DNA of 63,977 bases, filler included, from Octopus bimaculoides (Eukaryota): the NCBI RefSeq assembly GCF_001194135.2. It is 5 parts of 5 records of this genome, joined end to end, with 100 filler letters (N's around TTAATTAATTAA, not from the genome) between each part and the next. Parts side by side here need not be neighbours in the genome. Positions count along the whole stretch, not along the records: positions 1 to 25,115 come from NC_068982.1; 4 more parts are not named here. One strand, written 5' to 3'. Position numbers and translations under genes: made by a program. The first letter of the stretch is position 1; each line of letters begins with the position of its first letter. The notes beneath the pieces are model-generated. The model worked only from the letters and a program-made list of their open reading frames with translations. It had not been told where the DNA came from and searched no databases. This document shows, in pieces, positions 1 to 14,158 of this stretch.

Positions 1-467
1 ATATATATATATATATACATATAGGTATATGATAGGATTGCTTAAAAATTCAAGGGGTAGTCTCAAGTATCTTAGCAACCAGAGGATAATTAAATCCGAA
101 GGCACTCCTGGAGATTACTTGTGTGGGTACCGTCTTTGTTTGAAGGTATCCAGAGGCAGGTAATTTATCGTTTAAACCGCAGTTTATAATTATAATTAAG
201 TGGAGAATCGTGAAACAAACACACGAAGAAGCAGGTCAATTGGGCTAGTTAGTCATTGATTTAATTATGTGGAGATTGTATAACGATTCATTTACGATCG
301 TTTCGATGTGCCAATTTGATTGGCAGATCTCTTCAGAATGTTGAGAAGTATGTTAAAGTTCATGGTGTGAGAGATGCAGGAATAACAGTTAGGGGATAAA
401 GTAATTCAGCTAGTGATATAAGAATAGAGTTAGGTAAAGTTAGTCTTACATTTTAGTCGAAGTTGTG

Positions 468-549
468 TTAATAGTCTTTCTGTGAAGAGGAGGTAGGGTG
501 GGTGCTGAACAGCACCCACCTTACCTCGCCTTCGCAGAAAGACTATTAA
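468..549 (+). other. 40-bp near-perfect inverted repeat (hairpin)
   Basis: 468-507 pairs with 510-549: 36 Watson-Crick pairs, 2 G-U and 2 mismatches, checked base by base. Confidence 0.9.
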
Positions 550-575
550 AAGAAAAAAAAAACTGCAGAAAATAA

Positions 576-610
<35 letters not shown>

Positions 611-3600
611 GATAGACACACAAACACCCGCTCACACACATACTAACTGTTCACCACACACACATATACATGCACATATATTTGTGAAGGGCAGCTCCTC
701 CGACCTTCGCAGAGTTTCTCTTTCTGATGTCATTGACATCACTGACGTTCAGCATAAAATTATGTAGGTCGGTGCCTCTGGAAGAAAATCATTATTGCTG
801 TCATTATATACATATAAAACAACATAGATTCTTGCATAATACATACATACATACATACATATATATGTATATGAACATACACACACACACACACATAAAT
901 ACTCGTATACATATAATATATATATGCCTATATACCCATTCGCTATACCCGTATATCCGCGTATATGTGTTTATGTATGAACGTTGGTATCTATGATGCG
1001 TGTATAGCTGTATTGACGGTCTTCAGCTTTCAATTGAATAATATATGAAACAGTTAAGGAAAGGGCGGGAGAGGGAGAGGGAGAGAGAGAAACGGAGATA
1101 AAGAGTGGAGGAGAGAGAGAGAGTGAGAGGTGGAAGAAGAGCGAGGAGGAGAAAAAGAGACGGGACTATACTCTGAACATGTAAATGTGTTGATGCAATG
1201 ACAAGACAAATCAATATCGCTACTGTGATGAAGGCCAGTAGTTGTGTTTTAACAACGAGCCCCCTCATCATCAGTAACTATAGTAACACAAACTCCACTG
1301 CCTGTAGCAATAAGCAACAACAACAAGAATAACAGCGAACAACCCACCGACAGCGCCACTACCACCTCCACCAAAACAACAGCGATGACATCAACAACGA
1401 CAACAATAAGAACTATAACAGCAACACGACACATAAAACACACAAACCACATTATTTTAATTTTCTATTCAATACTTTCTCTGTGGTTACGAAGAAGTTG
1501 AAGATTATGATAATGATGCTGCTTGAATGATGATGATGATGATGACAATGATAATGATGGTGATATTAAAGCCATTAATGGTTTCACTTTATGTAGTGTT
1601 TTAACACTTCAAGTACGTTTTATCTGTGGCCGGTGGAGTAGCAGAATCTGTAAAGTGTTGTACAAAACTAATTTCAGAATTAGTTCCGCCTTTTTACCGT
1701 CTGCATTCAAAACCCACTGAATTAAAGTTTTTCGTTCATCCTTCTGGCATCGATGAAATACAGCACTTGCCAAAGATGAATTAATCCTAATCGACTGCCG
1801 ATCTGGGCCAATATACGACTGCTAATACGGTAGATTGGGCCAAAAATCTTCTTCCAACTGTAGGATAACTCTGACGAGTGAACTGGTACATTAGTTGTAT
1901 TACTTTACTGTCACATCAGTTCTATTTCTCCAAAACATCCCATATTACTGCCAATATAACATACCTAGGGCATGTTTACACACGTACACAATCTCAAGCG
2001 GAAATCATTAACGATTGAATAGAAAACAATAAGTAGGTTTTTGTTTCTACGCTGTGCTTTTTATTGCTATAGAACAATTTGATATTTGGATGGAATTAGA
2101 TTCAGTGATTCGCAACTGTCAAACTAGTTAGTAGTAAATAAATTTATCTTTTCTTTATAACAGAAAAAACTTCTAAATTCATCTACCAAAGTCTTGCTTG
2201 TTTCCATGTTTCTAAGAGTGATATCTCGAAATACTTTTATGTATAGCAGAGCCATTCATGGTGGCAAGATCGAAGATAGCAAGAACGATTCAACCTGAAA
2301 ACTACAGACGTCTAACGGTTTATCAACTCACTGAAATTTACTTCGACTCAACGGCTATGAAAGTAAAAGTAAATAAAGTTTATAACTGATCCCGTATCTC
2401 CTGTAATATTGCTTTGCTTGCTGTTGTGATTAGTTGGTTGATATGTAAAGGAGCGTGTGCTACTTGGAGGAAGATATCTAATAATCGTTATTTGGATATA
2501 TGATATAGGTTTATTCATTCCGTGGGTCAACACAGGTCAACATTTGGTGAAGTAGTAGGAATGTCAATCGGCAGCAGTATTCAAGTCTCAGTGGCGCTAT
2601 TTAGGATTCATTCTGTTCAACCTATACAGGGAAGAGCTAGAAAGACAATTTGGCCCGCAAAATCTTGGCTGAGAAGCTGTATCTAGAAGGATATGCGGTG
2701 GAGATGAAATTCAATCTCGGACCAACCACAGAGAAAAACAGTTTTGTTTTTGTTTAGGAATTCCAGAAATTTAAGTTTGAAAATATTGTTTACTTTGAGA
2801 CTTAAAGAGCAGGCAAGAGACATCTAAAAGAAAAGGAAATCTTAAAACAAGTTTCTGTGAAGAGGTATTGATGGTGAACATCGGAACATTCACAGAGTAG
2901 TTATTCAACGAACATCGAAATACACTGAGAAACAGATCATCAATCACCAACAAGCAATAGTAATTTGACCGAACTCTGCACGAGGATCACGAATCAAGAA
3001 GTTCTTCGCCGAACATGAAGGCGTTGTCTCCTATTTTCTGAACAACGTCAACATCTTTTCTTAGGATATTTCAAAGCCAGAGTCGAGAAATTTCATAGCT
3101 CCTAGTAATTTGCCAAAACTGGAGTTCGCATGGCCAATTTCAACAGAGCACTCCTCCTCATCAGGTTGAATACAGCCTGGTGAGTACAAATATCCTATTT
3201 TTGCAACAACAATAGGTACAAAGTTTCTTCACATCATCCATGCTCCATAACCACCCTCATCTACTATAGCATGTCACGACATAAAGACCTCAAGATGTAT
3301 ACTTCATCTCCGCCATAACAAAGCACATTACGGACACGATGGATTACAAGCTGTTTACAAAGGCCATATATCTCCAAGTTCTAACCAACAGTAATGTTTG
3401 AAATCACATTTAACACTATATATGTCTTAAAACAAAACTTTATATGTTTAAGAATGTGTAATTGTATGTAATTCTATTTATGCATGTGTGTCTGTCTGGA
3501 AGTCTGTCTTTTTGTGTGCACGTTGTCGGTGTTTGCACGTATGTAGGCAGACATATATCAGACGCTGTCTGTATTTAGGAGTACAGTAAGTGTTCAGAGG

Positions 3601-3713
3601 GAAGAAATAAAAAAAAAGAGTAACCAGCAGCCAGTGAAGGTTTACAGTATTTATTCGTGTTGCATATGTGTGTATGTACGTGTGTTTGTGCATGCGCGTA
3701 CGTGTGTGTCTGC

Positions 3714-3745
<32 letters not shown>

Positions 3746-4383
3746 GTATATATATGTATACACACATATATNNNNNNNNNNNNNNNNNNNNNNNNNNNNN
3801 NNNNNNNNNNNNNNNNNNNNNNNNNNNNNNNNNNNNNNNNNNNNNNNNNNNNNNNNNNNNNNNNNNNNNNNNNNNNNNNNNNNNNNNNNNNNNNNNNNNN
3901 NNNNNNNNNNNNNNNNNNNNNNNNNNNNNNNNNNNNNNNNNNNNNNNNNNNNNNNNNNNNNNNNNNNNNNNNNNNNNNNNNNNNNNNNNNNNNNNNNNNN
4001 NNNNNNNNNNNNNNNNNNNNNNNNNNNNNNNNNNNNNNNNNNNNNNNNNNNNNNNNNNNNNNNNNNNNNNNNNNNNNNNNNNNNNNNNNNNNNNNNNNNN
4101 NNNNNNNNNNNNNNNNNNNNNNNNNNNNNNNNNNNNNNNNNNNNNNNNNNNNNNNNNNNNNNNNNNNNNNNNNNNNNNNNNNNNNNNNNNNNNNNNNNNN
4201 NNNNNNNNNNNNNNNNNNNNNNNNNNNNNNNNNNNNNNNNNNNNNNNNNNNNNNNNNNNNNNNNNNNNNNNNNNNNNNNNNNNNNNNNNNNNNNNNNNNN
4301 NNNNNNNNNNNNNNNNNNNNNNNNNNNNNNNNNNNNNNNNNNNNNNNNNNNNNNNNNNNNNNNNNNNNNNNNNNNNNNNNNNN

Positions 4384-4427
<44 letters not shown>

Positions 4428-5631
4428 GTATATATATGTATACACACATATATATATTCATGCATACATGAATATACAGATATGCGTCATGTGTGTGCGT
4501 TTGTGTGTGTTTATGTTTAATATATATTATATGCGCGCACACGCACATAAAATTTGAAGCCACACATACAAATACAAATTCACATTTACTGGAAACACAC
4601 ACGTGTCTAAACACACAATTGCATACATACACAGGCATGTATACATAGAATATATTTTGTCTGACATAACGGTTTTATTCGCTGTTCAACAGAGCTTATT
4701 ACTTCCACGGTTCGTGTGGCTGAGAGAAAAATGCATTGAATACATGTAGCCTTCGATTTCAAAAATATAATGACTTCTTATCCACCTCGCGTTGAACTCA
4801 TTAATTTTATTTTGGTCTTTATTGATTATTTGGAAAAAGGTTTATTGATATACATACATACATTCATACATACGTGTTAACTACATCCCAAAGATGGAGC
4901 CTTGTATCTTTGTACGAAACCGGCTCCCTCCTCAAAGGAAGATTTATAATAATTAAAAAAATAGAACACACACAAACACACAGACATACAGACACAGGCA
5001 GACACAGACACACACACACGCACACACACACACACACACACGCGCGCGCACACACGGACACACAAACAGACACACAGACAGACAGACAGACACACAAACA
5101 CATACAAACACACACACACAGACAGACAGATAGACAGACACACACACACACACACACAAATATTGAATAACGAAGGTGGCGAGACGCAAAATAAAGCCGA
5201 AAACGAAAAATTCAGTTGTCCCTGCGTGTGCAGGGTAGTACCTATTTTGCTAGAAGGAAGAATCAAAGATCCTTATAGGCACAAAAAGGGCATGCCTAAG
5301 TAGTGACTGGGGAGATAACCGCCCCACAGCGGCGAACGAGATCACTACAGACGAGCATTAATGACAAACAGATCCTGCACCCTTGGGTCCACAGATGTTG
5401 CTTTGTGCTGGATGGGGGTGCTGGACTCCCTTTTCGAAAATATAAGGAAACAGATATTGTGTCGTATAACCAGCTGGAAACGCTGTTTCCTGGGGTTAAA
5501 CAACAGTAACAATAGTCCCTTCCAGGACAGCCACATTATATTGGCAAATTGTCTTTACTTCAAAGAACTGTTACTGAATATATCTCTTTGAGAGATTTAG
5601 AAATGATAACGTTTCTATCTATCTATCTATA

Positions 5632-5662
<31 letters not shown>

Positions 5663-5999
5663 ATATNNNNNNNNNNNNNNNNATATATATATATATATAT
5701 ATAAACAAAGCTGAAAATGCACTGGCAGTCTTTTAGATTTTTTAACTTTTATATAATCAAATTTTTTATATAATCAAATTTTTATATAATCAAATTGCCT
5801 TGCGTAGCGTAATGTTCGCAGAGTTATATGGGAACTGCGTTGGCAGAGGGTTATGCCATAGTAAAATGAGCCACTCAGTATTAACTATTCTTGACTATAC
5901 TGATTTCATCTTTTATGAATACAGTTGATTCCAGAAAAAGTAACTAAATAAATAAATTAAGAGAAAATGTCATTTTGAGATTTTTTAGTATAGCACTGG

Positions 6000-6400
6000 T
6001 TTTAGAAAATGTTTTGGACTCTCACCGGCATTTAATTATGCAGTCCTGTATTTTCGTGAAGTAATATCCATGGCTCTCCTCAAGTAACGTTAACGAGCAA
6101 TATTGCATTTTTTGCTGTTGAATTGACGCGATGGATACATCTCCGTTCTATTAATAGGTGTGTATGCCATTTATCCAACTTCTTCACACTTCTGATGAAG
6201 CACAATTGACGAACTCTTCGTCGCGAATTTTGAGTAGTTGTTTTAACTCGTTTTCATTTACGACAGATTTTGGCTTCCCTCGTGATTCTCTGTGAAAGCG
6301 CTTGTCTCCGCAGTAAAATTCCCGGACCCACCGTTGCAACGTTTGCAATTTTAAATTCGAGTTCTTATAAATGAAATAATTTAGGCTTGTTTAACAGTTA
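6000..6400 (-). mobile_element. Degenerate mariner transposase N-terminal (HTH) fragment
   Basis: Minus translation TLQRWVREFYCGDKRFHRESRGKPKSVVNENELKQLL resembles mariner TVQRWFxxFxxGDxxLxDxxRSGRP. Confidence 0.6.
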
Positions 6401-6522
6401 CTGTATTATCGAGGAGAAAAGAAAAACAATGCTTTCGAGACAAGCATCACTTACAAAGTGAAGCGAAATTAATATAAAGGCTTCCAATTAATGCATACTA
6501 TATCAAAATATATACGAAGATG

Positions 6523-6732
6523 TGCTGAAAAGTTCCTGGCTTTAAGGGTATCACGAAAGGCCTGGTTGGAGGCCCCACCTTCCGAGTTCTTCTACAAGGC
6601 TTAGAAAAACTGAAGGACCGTTGCAATAAGTGTGATTGTGAGTTAGGAATATGTTGAATAAAATCATAATTAAATTATCCTCCAGTATTTTCATTTACCC
6701 AAGCCCAGGAACCTTTCGGTACCCCTTTGTAG
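6523..6732 (+). mobile_element. Non-autonomous mariner-derived element (MITE)
   Basis: Terminal inverted repeats TACGAAGATGTGCTGAAAAGTTCCTGGCTT and AAGCCCAGGAACCTTTCGGTACCCCTTTGTA. Internal remnant of the mariner C-terminus FYKGLEKLKDRCNKC. Confidence 0.75.
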
Positions 6733-7615
6733 CTATTACTTAAAAATGCTTCATACCCACCCCCATCCAAAAATCCCATAAAAGCTTTTCATGTGGTACA
6801 CTCTTACAGACGTAGGAATTGAGTTGATAATAATGTGTTAGTCATGGATATTATGGAAGATCCCAAGAAACTGTGTCTGAAAGTTTATCTAATTCTGAAA
6901 CGCAACTTCTCCCGCCGTTTTGAATTTTAATTTTTGATTTCTGAGAAGTTGTTAAATACTTGACTCATTTATTCATGAAGGAATATCAGTTATGAAATAT
7001 TATTTTCTCTATCGGTTAGTTAATTATCACGATTTTGGCGTGATGTGACGGAATGTATTCTAAACTGAAGACCGATTTCGTAAAGCCCTTTCAACTTTAT
7101 ACCGTTTCCACGTTGATAGACACTTGAAATCCGTAGTTATGTATTTGAGTCAACGTCGTCATGACAACATTTATAGTTCTTCTGGTGAACAATGTATTAT
7201 GTTCTCTATAGTTTCTAGTCACGCAACCAACAGTTATCTTCCTAAATCAAAGTTGTTTCAGGCAAAATGGCTTGTATCGAATGCTTAATGATCAGATGCC
7301 TACAGACTAACGCTATTAAATCTAACTGAGATGTTCAAAGATATTGGATTAAATATATCTATTGTTTTGTGCCTTGTGCTATCAATTATACTTACATATT
7401 GTCATGATTCGGCTAACGCTTGTGAGTTTGTAGGTTTATACAATACTTTGTAAGTTTTAAAGAAGATATTACGTGGCTACATCGAGTGTAACAAAAGCAA
7501 ACCAAACAAATCTTCTAAAACTGAAAATAATTTTCATTTGCGTTTTGACTGTTTATTCATTCTGTAATACTAAATCACTTTAAACATAGGACCTTATTCA
7601 TTCATACATGCACGT

Positions 7616-7663
<48 letters not shown>

Positions 7664-10006
7664 GTCTATATGTCTGTATGTATGTATGTATGCATGTATG
7701 TATGTATGTATGTACATATGTATGTATAATTCTGTTTCTTTTACGAAATCAGTTTATCGGCTTAGATTATGAATAAAGGGAAGCCACAGAAATGTCTTAA
7801 TGTATTTTGTTGTTGTTGTTGTTGTTGTTAATGCTGTTGCTGCCGTTGCTGTTGCTGCTGTTGCGGATGTTAATATCGCTGTTATCATCAACATCATTAT
7901 CATTGAAGCTGGTTTCCTCTTATTCATGATGCATTCGCTGATGCTACTGCTGCTGCTGTTGTTGTTTTCCTCGTAGCCATAATCAACAACGAATTTCTTT
8001 GATAACTGGTTTCCTATGCTCTCTCTATCTGTACACGTAAATAACACCTGTTATTTACTGATATTTTACCACCGCCTTAACTCTGACTTTCTTCATGTAA
8101 TTCTTACTATACAACAGTTATATAATTTAACCCAGACTAAGAAACCTAAGTATACTGTACATATGTATGTCGACTTTCTCCCAAGTCAACAATATATATG
8201 TTTTATGTATTGACACAGCCTTTATGTAGCAAACGCTAAAAGGTACTACTGATCAATGAGTTAATAATTAGCTATAAAGCAATTACTTGTTTACCTTGAG
8301 GCAGAATCGTTACTGAAATATTAAATGCTCTGAAATAAATTGGTAAACATGCAATAAATTGCTGCTCTTTGGAAATTCTTTGCTGTTTAAGTTAAATACA
8401 CACATCTACACGCTGAAATTTGGACGTGTCAGTTCAAAGTATTCGTGTCTCTATGAAACTAGAAAAGCAGGTATGTGTCTAAGGAGGTCAATGGTCGATA
8501 GAAACTTAATAGACAGGGGAAAGATAGAGTCGAGTAAGGAAAAAGTATATGTTTGCTAAAAGGGAAAATTCAACAAGAATAACATATATTGAGAGTTGTA
8601 AGGTTGGAGGTTGGTGTTCCAGTGGCATGGAGATAACACCCTGTAGTTCTAAAATTTAAGGAGAACTGGAAGGTGATTACATATATACAAAGAAGTGAGT
8701 GTTGTAATCTGTAACAAGAGGAATTGCAACTGTATCGAGAAAAGTGTGTGTCTGTAAGACGACACAGCAGAGATGATATAACGCAGATAGAGCTGTCAGT
8801 TTGGAATTTTTCCGATAAAAAAATGTTGAAAGAGAGAGGAGAACTATGGGTGAGAATGTTAGGTAAGAAGTTCTCGTATGTAATACTTTTGAAGGTTTAC
8901 TAAATGTAAAATATTTCAACATTGCTGTCATGCAATTTCTCATGATCCACTGACATTAAATACTCGAAGCAAGAAAGTATATACAGATCGGATTCTACAG
9001 AAACTATATTATCAGTCATTGAAAAGAGGGTTATCAGTTAGTGAGGAGGGAGAGACAGAAGAAGTTGATAATAAAGTGTACGCTAAAATAATAGATCGAT
9101 AGAATACTGTCACAGAGATTGCCTTTTTATTGGGACTGGACATATAACGTTACGTGTAACAAGACTGTAGAAAGATTGATGGGTTTGGCTAAAATAGCAG
9201 CTCGCCCTGAGTATGAAGTGTTTCAGAGTAATGAAAGGAACACTGCCAGCAACAGTGATCTTGTTGGGTTGAAGGGAACAGGGTAATTGTTGGTGTTGCT
9301 TAGCCCCTTGACATCTCATTGCTGCAAGCTATTGTTCAAAGGCATTCATGTCATTGACAACTGGACACATTTGTAGCTTGTCCAATATGTCTTTCTTTAT
9401 TTTAAAGAATGTGGGGTGTGATTTATGGAATAACTGGCTGTCATGTTTGGCAGGTCGTGCAGTCAGATAAAACACAGCTTGTCGCGTTCCATCATTGACT
9501 CTTGTTGTATATAGGGGAAAATGTGGCCGAGAAGATATATAGGTAATTGTAAATAAAAATGTGCCGGTGGAGATATAAGTGGAAGAGGTAGCTGTGAATG
9601 TAATTTGTGCAGATGTGAGGCAGCACAAAATACTGAAGACTGTGTGTCTGTGTGTGTGTTTGTGTGTGTGCTTGTGTGTGTGTACGTGTGTGTTTGTGTA
9701 TGTATGTATGTATGTATGTATGTATGTATGTAGGTATGTATGTATTTAGATAGGTAGGTAGGTATTTATTTGACAAGCTCTTCTGTCGTAAAAGGCAGGT
9801 GAGGGCTCTGCAAATACTTGCCAAAGAAGATGCACAGATGATTTGTTTACAATAATCAAATATTTGTGCTGTTCGTTAACACACTCCCTCTATGAAATCG
9901 ATATGGCCAGTAAATATGCGAGGTGGCAAGGTGTACTACATGTTAGCCAAGACTGCATTCACCGAAGGTGAATGAAAAAGAAGCACGTTCTTTTAGATGT
10001 TATTAC

Positions 10007-10008
10007 TC

Positions 10009-10089
<81 letters not shown>

Positions 10090-10090
10090 A
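10007..10090. repeat. (TCTA)n(TCTG)n tetranucleotide repeat; representative of dozens of (CA)n, (TA)n, (GA)n and (TACA)n tracts
   Basis: Direct reading. Confidence 0.95.
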
Positions 10091-13024
10091 CAAATACGCG
10101 CGAGCATATATACATGTGTCTGTATATCTATGCGTGTGCATATGTCAATTCCATTCATGCAATGGACGACGTTATGCACACATATATGAATTAGCCGTAA
10201 TGAAGATGTGACAGCTTATCTTGAAGAACATATTTGGTCAGATTTAATTAAATTACAAACTATTTCTGAACTTATCTGAAAGTGGTGATGCTATAGTAAT
10301 TAATAGAGAATTAGAGTTGCATAGAATATTTCTATAACAGCTATTGTTTAATGGCATCGTGAATGTATCTCGAACTTGTTATTAGTATCGTCTCATAAAA
10401 AAATCCGTACTTACACTCATAAAATGAAAGCAAAACGCATACGCATGCACACACAAATTCACAGATACCCTGGACCTACGCATTGGTATATGGATATCCA
10501 CAAAGAGATTTAGAAGTCTCGCAGTTCATAATTGCCTCAAGACATCAGTCTTCTGCTGGTCATAGAGGCTAGAAGTTCAGTGTGATGCCGTTGTCATATT
10601 TTATGTTATTAACAGAAAATAACATTAACCCCATTATAGGATCTTAATACACTTATTCTGGCTTGAAATTCTATTACACGTTAACAGAATTGTTATTGCA
10701 CAGATTTTTTTTCAAAATGAAGAAGTATAAATAGAATTAAAGTATGAAAAAAAAGATGTTACAAAAAAAAAGCAAACAACAACGATTCGTGTCTTTGATG
10801 GAGAATCCTGCAGAATTTCAGGTAGAACTTTTCTCTAGAGAGAGATAAGTTGTATTATCCGCGCCTAACTAGGCACTTGAAAAGATATATATATATATAT
10901 ATATAAACCCATACAGACACACACACATACACACGTAGATATATTTATATATTTACACACACACGCACACGCACACGCATACACAAATATGGTGCTCAAT
11001 TCAATTTCTCCTAAAGCATGATTAACGTGGGTGAATCACTTGTAAGTCTCTCCTTTGCTTAGAAATGCGGGCTGAGATTTCAAATGATTTGAAAGTTCAA
11101 AGCATATTGTTGTGTAGAAATGGCTATAATCACGTGATATCTAAGAATCTCTGCTGGTGTTTCGTTTTTCTTTTTTTATGACATCTACTTCGACTGGAAA
11201 ATAAAAAAGCTAAATTCTTTTCCTCCTCCCCTTAGTGAACCATAAAAAGTAATCATAATGTAAGCAAAGTAAAAAGATATGCTCTCACATTATCTGCAAA
11301 TCTCAATTATTTCTTGTAAATTGTAAGAAGTGCTAAGGAGAATACACATATGTATTTTACCGTTTCTGGAGACATAGGCATCAAATATATTTGCCAAGGA
11401 TTAACTTTAACCGAACTATAAGACAAATAAAAAATGTAAAGAAAATACTTTATCTCTCAAAATGGCTGAAGTGTCGGTTAATAAAACTTGTTTTATTGCC
11501 ATCTACTATATGTCAGCTAAGCCTCACATTATACGTGACCTGAAACTGCTGTTGCTTCAGCTGTTGTCTTTACTGATGATGATGGTGACGTTGATATAAA
11601 CAATTTCCTGAAATAGAGATATATGAAATATTGAGATATAACAGTCTGAATGTATTGACGTGGGTTCTTTTTTCTTTTGGCGTATAGATGTGTTGTAGTT
11701 TAATATGGTGCAATGTAGTGTAATAAAGAAAAGTCTAGAACGAGGATGGGATTAGTGGTTAGTAGCGTCGGTAAAATCAGTTCAATAAAGTTGTCAAACT
11801 GTAATAAATATATGTGCCAGCAGGAGGGAATTGTAATTTCATTGAATGACCGATATATTAGATAGAGTCTCTTATCTGAATGTAAACTGATTTTCTTTTC
11901 ATGTGTACATTGCTGTTATTGCTGTTGATGTTAGTTATTGTTTAACACCAATCAGACTTGGCTAAGGAAGCGAATTCTTTACGTTTTATTACCTTACATG
12001 ATTCAGTCGTTCGAGTGCGGCCATGCTGGAACATTGCCTTGAGTTTGGAAAGCGTTCTAATACTCTATTTCTGTCATAGCAGTAACTTACAAACCAACAC
12101 TAGTTGTCTAGAGGCGTGGGAAAAGACAAACACAAAGATGTACACATGCACACACGTCCACACACATGCGCACATATATACACATACATACGCATATACA
12201 CATATGGATGAATATGTACATACACACAGGCATACACACAGACGTATATACCTTCATCTATCAAACCAAATCAGAAACGTTTGGTTGGCCAGGGGGTTAT
12301 AGTAGAAGACATATTCTCTACGTAGGTACCCGAAGATGAGACTGGATTGAAGACCATATAGCTGTGAAGTGAACTACTTGAACACCGTGCAAAATAGGGG
12401 CCAGATCACACACTATTAACCTATTAACTGACAGCCCTCGGCCATCCCTCCTTGCAGCCCAAAACCACCACACGCAGAACCCCTCCCACCACACTCAAGA
12501 TTATTCCCATTGATTCTAAGAGTTTAGTAAAAAGAAGGACAATGTATATGAACCTTTTCAAGGCCTTTATGATAAACGGACTCCACTCATGGCATCCAAA
12601 AATCAGGCAAGTCGCGTTACTATGAATAAAAAAAGATAACCTTCACGGGCTCCCACACAGTACCCGTCAGCTAAATTTCACTGTAAAGCATTGATGAAAC
12701 CGAAGTAGGAGCTAATTTTCCGAAGTGCCAAGCAATGGGATCGATCGCGGAACCATGTATTTCTGACGTGAACGTAAAAATATATAATGATATACTGTAT
12801 AAAACAATACAGAGAACTGCTTGAGCCCAAGTTGTATACGTAATGGAGAGATTTGCTGCAACAGTCTACGCATGTATATCCACACATACGTGTACGCATA
12901 GAATTATTCTATATTTATATATTATATACAGATATGAATACACATATACGCACCCACACGTACATACAAGAGGAAGTAAACAATTATCTGTACTTTCAGT
13001 AAAATTTCTTTTGGTTGACCGCAC

Positions 13025-14020
13025 TACCTTAGTACACGCATACTAAAGGTGTTACTCTTATGGTTACGTAATCAAGGTTTAACTTAGATCGCTGTCTTGT
13101 GGCTGTTCGGCTGGCAGTGTTCACCAAGGAGGAACAGAGATCAAGGATCCAATTTATCTGGTCTAAATGTGTGTCAGGGCTGAAATTCATTGCAGGCTAT
13201 CAGAACAATACCAGGGCAGCACTCAGCCACACAAGTGAGTATGAGTGGATCTGTAAATTCAGTGCGAGATGAGTGCCAAAAGAGATTACAATAATGCACA
13301 ATCATGTGAAGATTTCTCAACGAGCACTTGGCCGCTTTAACGATGAAGGTCAAGCCATTTTAAAGAAATTAAACCCACACGTCCACCATTTATAACCCAA
13401 ATCCAAAAGGAAGAATATGGAGTGGAGACAGTTGGAATCACCAATGAAAAAGGAATTCAAGACTCAGCCTTCCACAGAAAAAGTGATGTCAACCGTTTTT
13501 TGAGACGTAAAGTGGCCAATGATGAAACATCGTCTAGAAATGGGCTTTGCTGTCATCAATGCAGGCTACAGTGAAATACTTACCAACAAGCTGAAACCAA
13601 TACTTCGCACCAAACGCCAAAGTCTATTGTCAAATCAAGTTATTGCACGTCTACATACACACAACCGTCAGTATTGTTGAAATCATTGCAAAAGTTGGTT
13701 TTCGAGTTGCTGGGACCCCTGGCGTAGAGTCCAGATCTCGTTCCTTTCGACTATCGCCTCTTTCGACTGCTCAAACTACCATTACAAGATTGTCGATTTA
13801 CTACGAACGAAGAAGGGCTGGAAGCGGTGCATAGATGGTGCGTGAGCAACCAAGACTTTCTTTTCCGATGGAATAATCAAGCTTGGGGTGCGCTGGCAAA
13901 AGTGCACCGAAAAGCAAGGAGGTTATGTCGAAGAATGATGTAATTGTTCGATCCCTGCTTTTGTTTTAATAAATTACGGAGACAAGGGAGCGTACAATAT
14001 TTTTTGACTTACTTTTGTAT
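13025..14020 (+). mobile_element. Internally deleted, degenerate mariner transposon
   Basis: Fragments LAVFTKEEQRSRIQFIW, MEWRQLESPMKKEFKTQPSTEKVMSTVF, SPDLVPFDYRLF and RWQKCTEKQGGYVEE*, with stops and frameshifts. Confidence 0.85.
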
Positions 14021-14124
14021 ATGTATGCATGTCTATACATACATACATGCATATGTATAATATGTATATAGATATGCATATATATATATATCAGCATGCA
14101 CATGTATAGTTTTATATATATATC

Positions 14125-14158
<34 letters not shown>

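Noticed and set aside
2770-2960. Possible Penelope GIY-YIG remnant (FNEHRNTLRN)
   Set aside because: Only one short motif; no GIY/YIG or RT motifs recoverable.
3065-3179. Plus-strand segment with good acceptor (ttttcttag|) and donor (|gtgagt)
   Set aside because: All three frames hit stops before that donor, no partner exons were found, and no homology was recognised. It could still be a non-coding exon.
5200-5360. Possible HDV-like or hammerhead ribozyme (short stems, GGCGAA motif)
   Set aside because: I could not build the P1/P1.1/P2/P3 pseudoknot or a CUGANGA-GAAA core with valid helices.
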